NCBI GenBank assembly: GCA_964588545.1
Contig: CAZPPZ010000002.1
Coordinates: forward strand, 1-49,355
Reading direction: 5' to 3'
Length of the DNA stretch: 49,355 bases
Origin: an uncultured Myxococcales bacterium
GTDB lineage: Bacteria; Desulfobacterota; Binatia; UBA1149; SPBQ01
Below the pieces are notes generated by a model. That model was not told the origin of the DNA, searched no databases, and was given only the letters and a program-made list of their open reading frames with translations. Below, one piece after another: positions 48,484 to 49,355 of this stretch (its first letter is position 1; the number at the start of each line of letters is the position of its first letter). The position numbers and the translations under genes were made by a program.

Positions 48484-49355
48484 CTACAGCGGAATGTTCC
48501 CGTGTTTTTTTGGAGGATTACTGTCGCGTTTGTTCGCCAGCATCACCAACGCTTGGGCGATGCGTATCCGAGTTTCCGCCGGCGAAATGACACCATCTAT
48601 GTAGCCAAGTTCAGCGGCACGGAACGGATTTGCAAAGCGTTTGCGGTAGTCGGTCACTAGTTCCTTGCGCCGGGCCTCGGGGTCGGCGGCCTTCTTGACA
48701 TCATTGCGAAAGATTATGTTGACGGCTCCGTCGGCACCCATTACCGCGATTTCAGCGGTTGGGTAGGCTAGGTTGACGTCGGTACGGATATGTTTAGAGC
48801 CCATCACGCAGTAGGCCCCGCCATAGGCCTTGCGGGTAATCACGGTGATCTTCGGCACCGTGGCTTCGGAGTATGCGTAGACTATCTTGGCACCGTGGCG
48901 AATGATTCCGCCCCACTCCTGCTGGGTGCCCGGCAGGTAACCCGGCACGTCTTCGAAGGTAACGATGGGGATATTGAAGCAGTCGCAGAAGCGTATGAAA
49001 CGCGCGATCTTGTTCGACGCATCACAGTCTAGACAACCAGCCAAGTGGCTGGGCTGATTGGCGACTATTCCTCTGGTACGCCCGCCGATACGGCCCATCT
49101 CGACGATAGCACTGCGGGCTGTGTGCGCGTCGTCCCCCTCGTTGCGGGTCGCGAGTTCCCCCTGGAGGCCCCCGAGCCGCTTCTTGGAGGCCTCGTCGTT
49201 CTCGATCTTGAGTGCCTCGCGTTCGATCTCCAGCTGCATGATGCGTCGTCGCAGTTCGTCGATCTGCACCGGCATCGAGTCGTTCTCGATTCGCAGGCGC
49301 GATGCGGCCTCGTCGAGGAGGGCGATCGCCTTGTCCGGCAGGGACCGGGAATCCC
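48484..49355 (-). CDS. open frame running off the right edge: C-terminal half of an acyl-CoA carboxyltransferase (MmdA/PccB-like) fused in frame to a ClpB fragment
   Basis: From about 49092 downstream, [15 protein letters not shown]...[29 protein letters not shown]...[11 protein letters not shown]...KKHGNIPL is the carboxyltransferase C-terminal subdomain. The N-terminal subdomain is absent in all three frames. Confidence 0.8.
   Translation of the reverse strand, partial: DSRSLPDKAIALLDEAASRLRIENDSMPVQIDELRRRIMQLEIEREALKIENDEASKKRLGGLQGELATRNEGDDAHTARSAIVEMGRIGGRTRGIVANQPSHLAGCLDCDASNKIARFIRFCDCFNIPIVTFEDVPGYLPGTQQEWGGIIRHGAKIVYAYSEATVPKITVITRKAYGGAYCVMGSKHIRTDVNLAYPTAEIAVMGADGAVNIIFRNDVKKAADPEARRKELVTDYRKRFANPFRAAELGYIDGVISPAETRIRIAQALVMLANKRDSNPPKKHGNIPL
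49153..49355 (-). other. ClpB middle-domain (coiled-coil) fragment
   Basis: My translation from the window edge is [67 protein letters not shown]. It aligns almost residue for residue with E. coli ClpB ...[66 protein letters not shown]. Confidence 0.8.

Overview
GC-rich, gene-dense chromosomal segment from a diderm (Gram-negative) bacterium. TolC, LolA, an OmpL-like porin, DegP and SppA all point to an outer membrane. The gene content (RNase J, pyruvoyl-type arginine decarboxylase, split methylmalonyl-CoA mutase, Na+-pumping decarboxylase) suggests an uncultured deltaproteobacterium- or Myxococcota-like lineage, but that is inference only. I can support about 50 protein-coding genes. Bases 1-14.5 kb hold a long plus-strand housekeeping run: plsC, rnj, uppP, ftsK, lolA, yajQ, rimO, dksA-like, glycerate kinase, queE, glpD, a homoserine-kinase-II-like gene and folE. 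Bases 14.5-23.5 kb hold tolC-like, a class-V aminotransferase with serA, purA, ggt and an argA-like gene. Bases 23.8-30.7 kb are the only accessory-looking stretch: porin, TusA-like gene, a very large cysteine-rich secreted orphan, a LolA-like sorting protein, a small XRE regulator in a visibly lower-GC patch, and a two-HKD phospholipase-D-family gene. Bases 30.8-40.7 kb hold dus, a PTPS/QueD-like gene, pepP, yciI, a SAM hydroxide adenosyltransferase, htpX, sppA, an LplA-like gene, HIT and hsp20. Bases 40.8-49.4 kb are a tight minus-strand run: degP, rnr, pdaD, the methylmalonyl-CoA mutase catalytic subunit, and the beta, biotin-carrier, OadG-like and carboxyltransferase subunits of a Na+-translocating methylmalonyl-CoA/oxaloacetate decarboxylase. 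By eye I found no rRNA, tRNA, CRISPR array, transposase or integrase. The most notable observations are: (1) the roughly 56-cysteine secreted orphan paired with a LolA-like protein; (2) an abrupt in-frame junction at the right edge where a ClpB middle-domain fragment replaces the N-terminal half of the carboxyltransferase; (3) a poly-glutamate insertion of about 43 codons inside the FtsK motor domain; (4) the XRE/PLD lower-GC islet. Many long ORFs in the supplied track are antisense or upstream-extension artefacts typical of high-GC DNA, and I rejected them.
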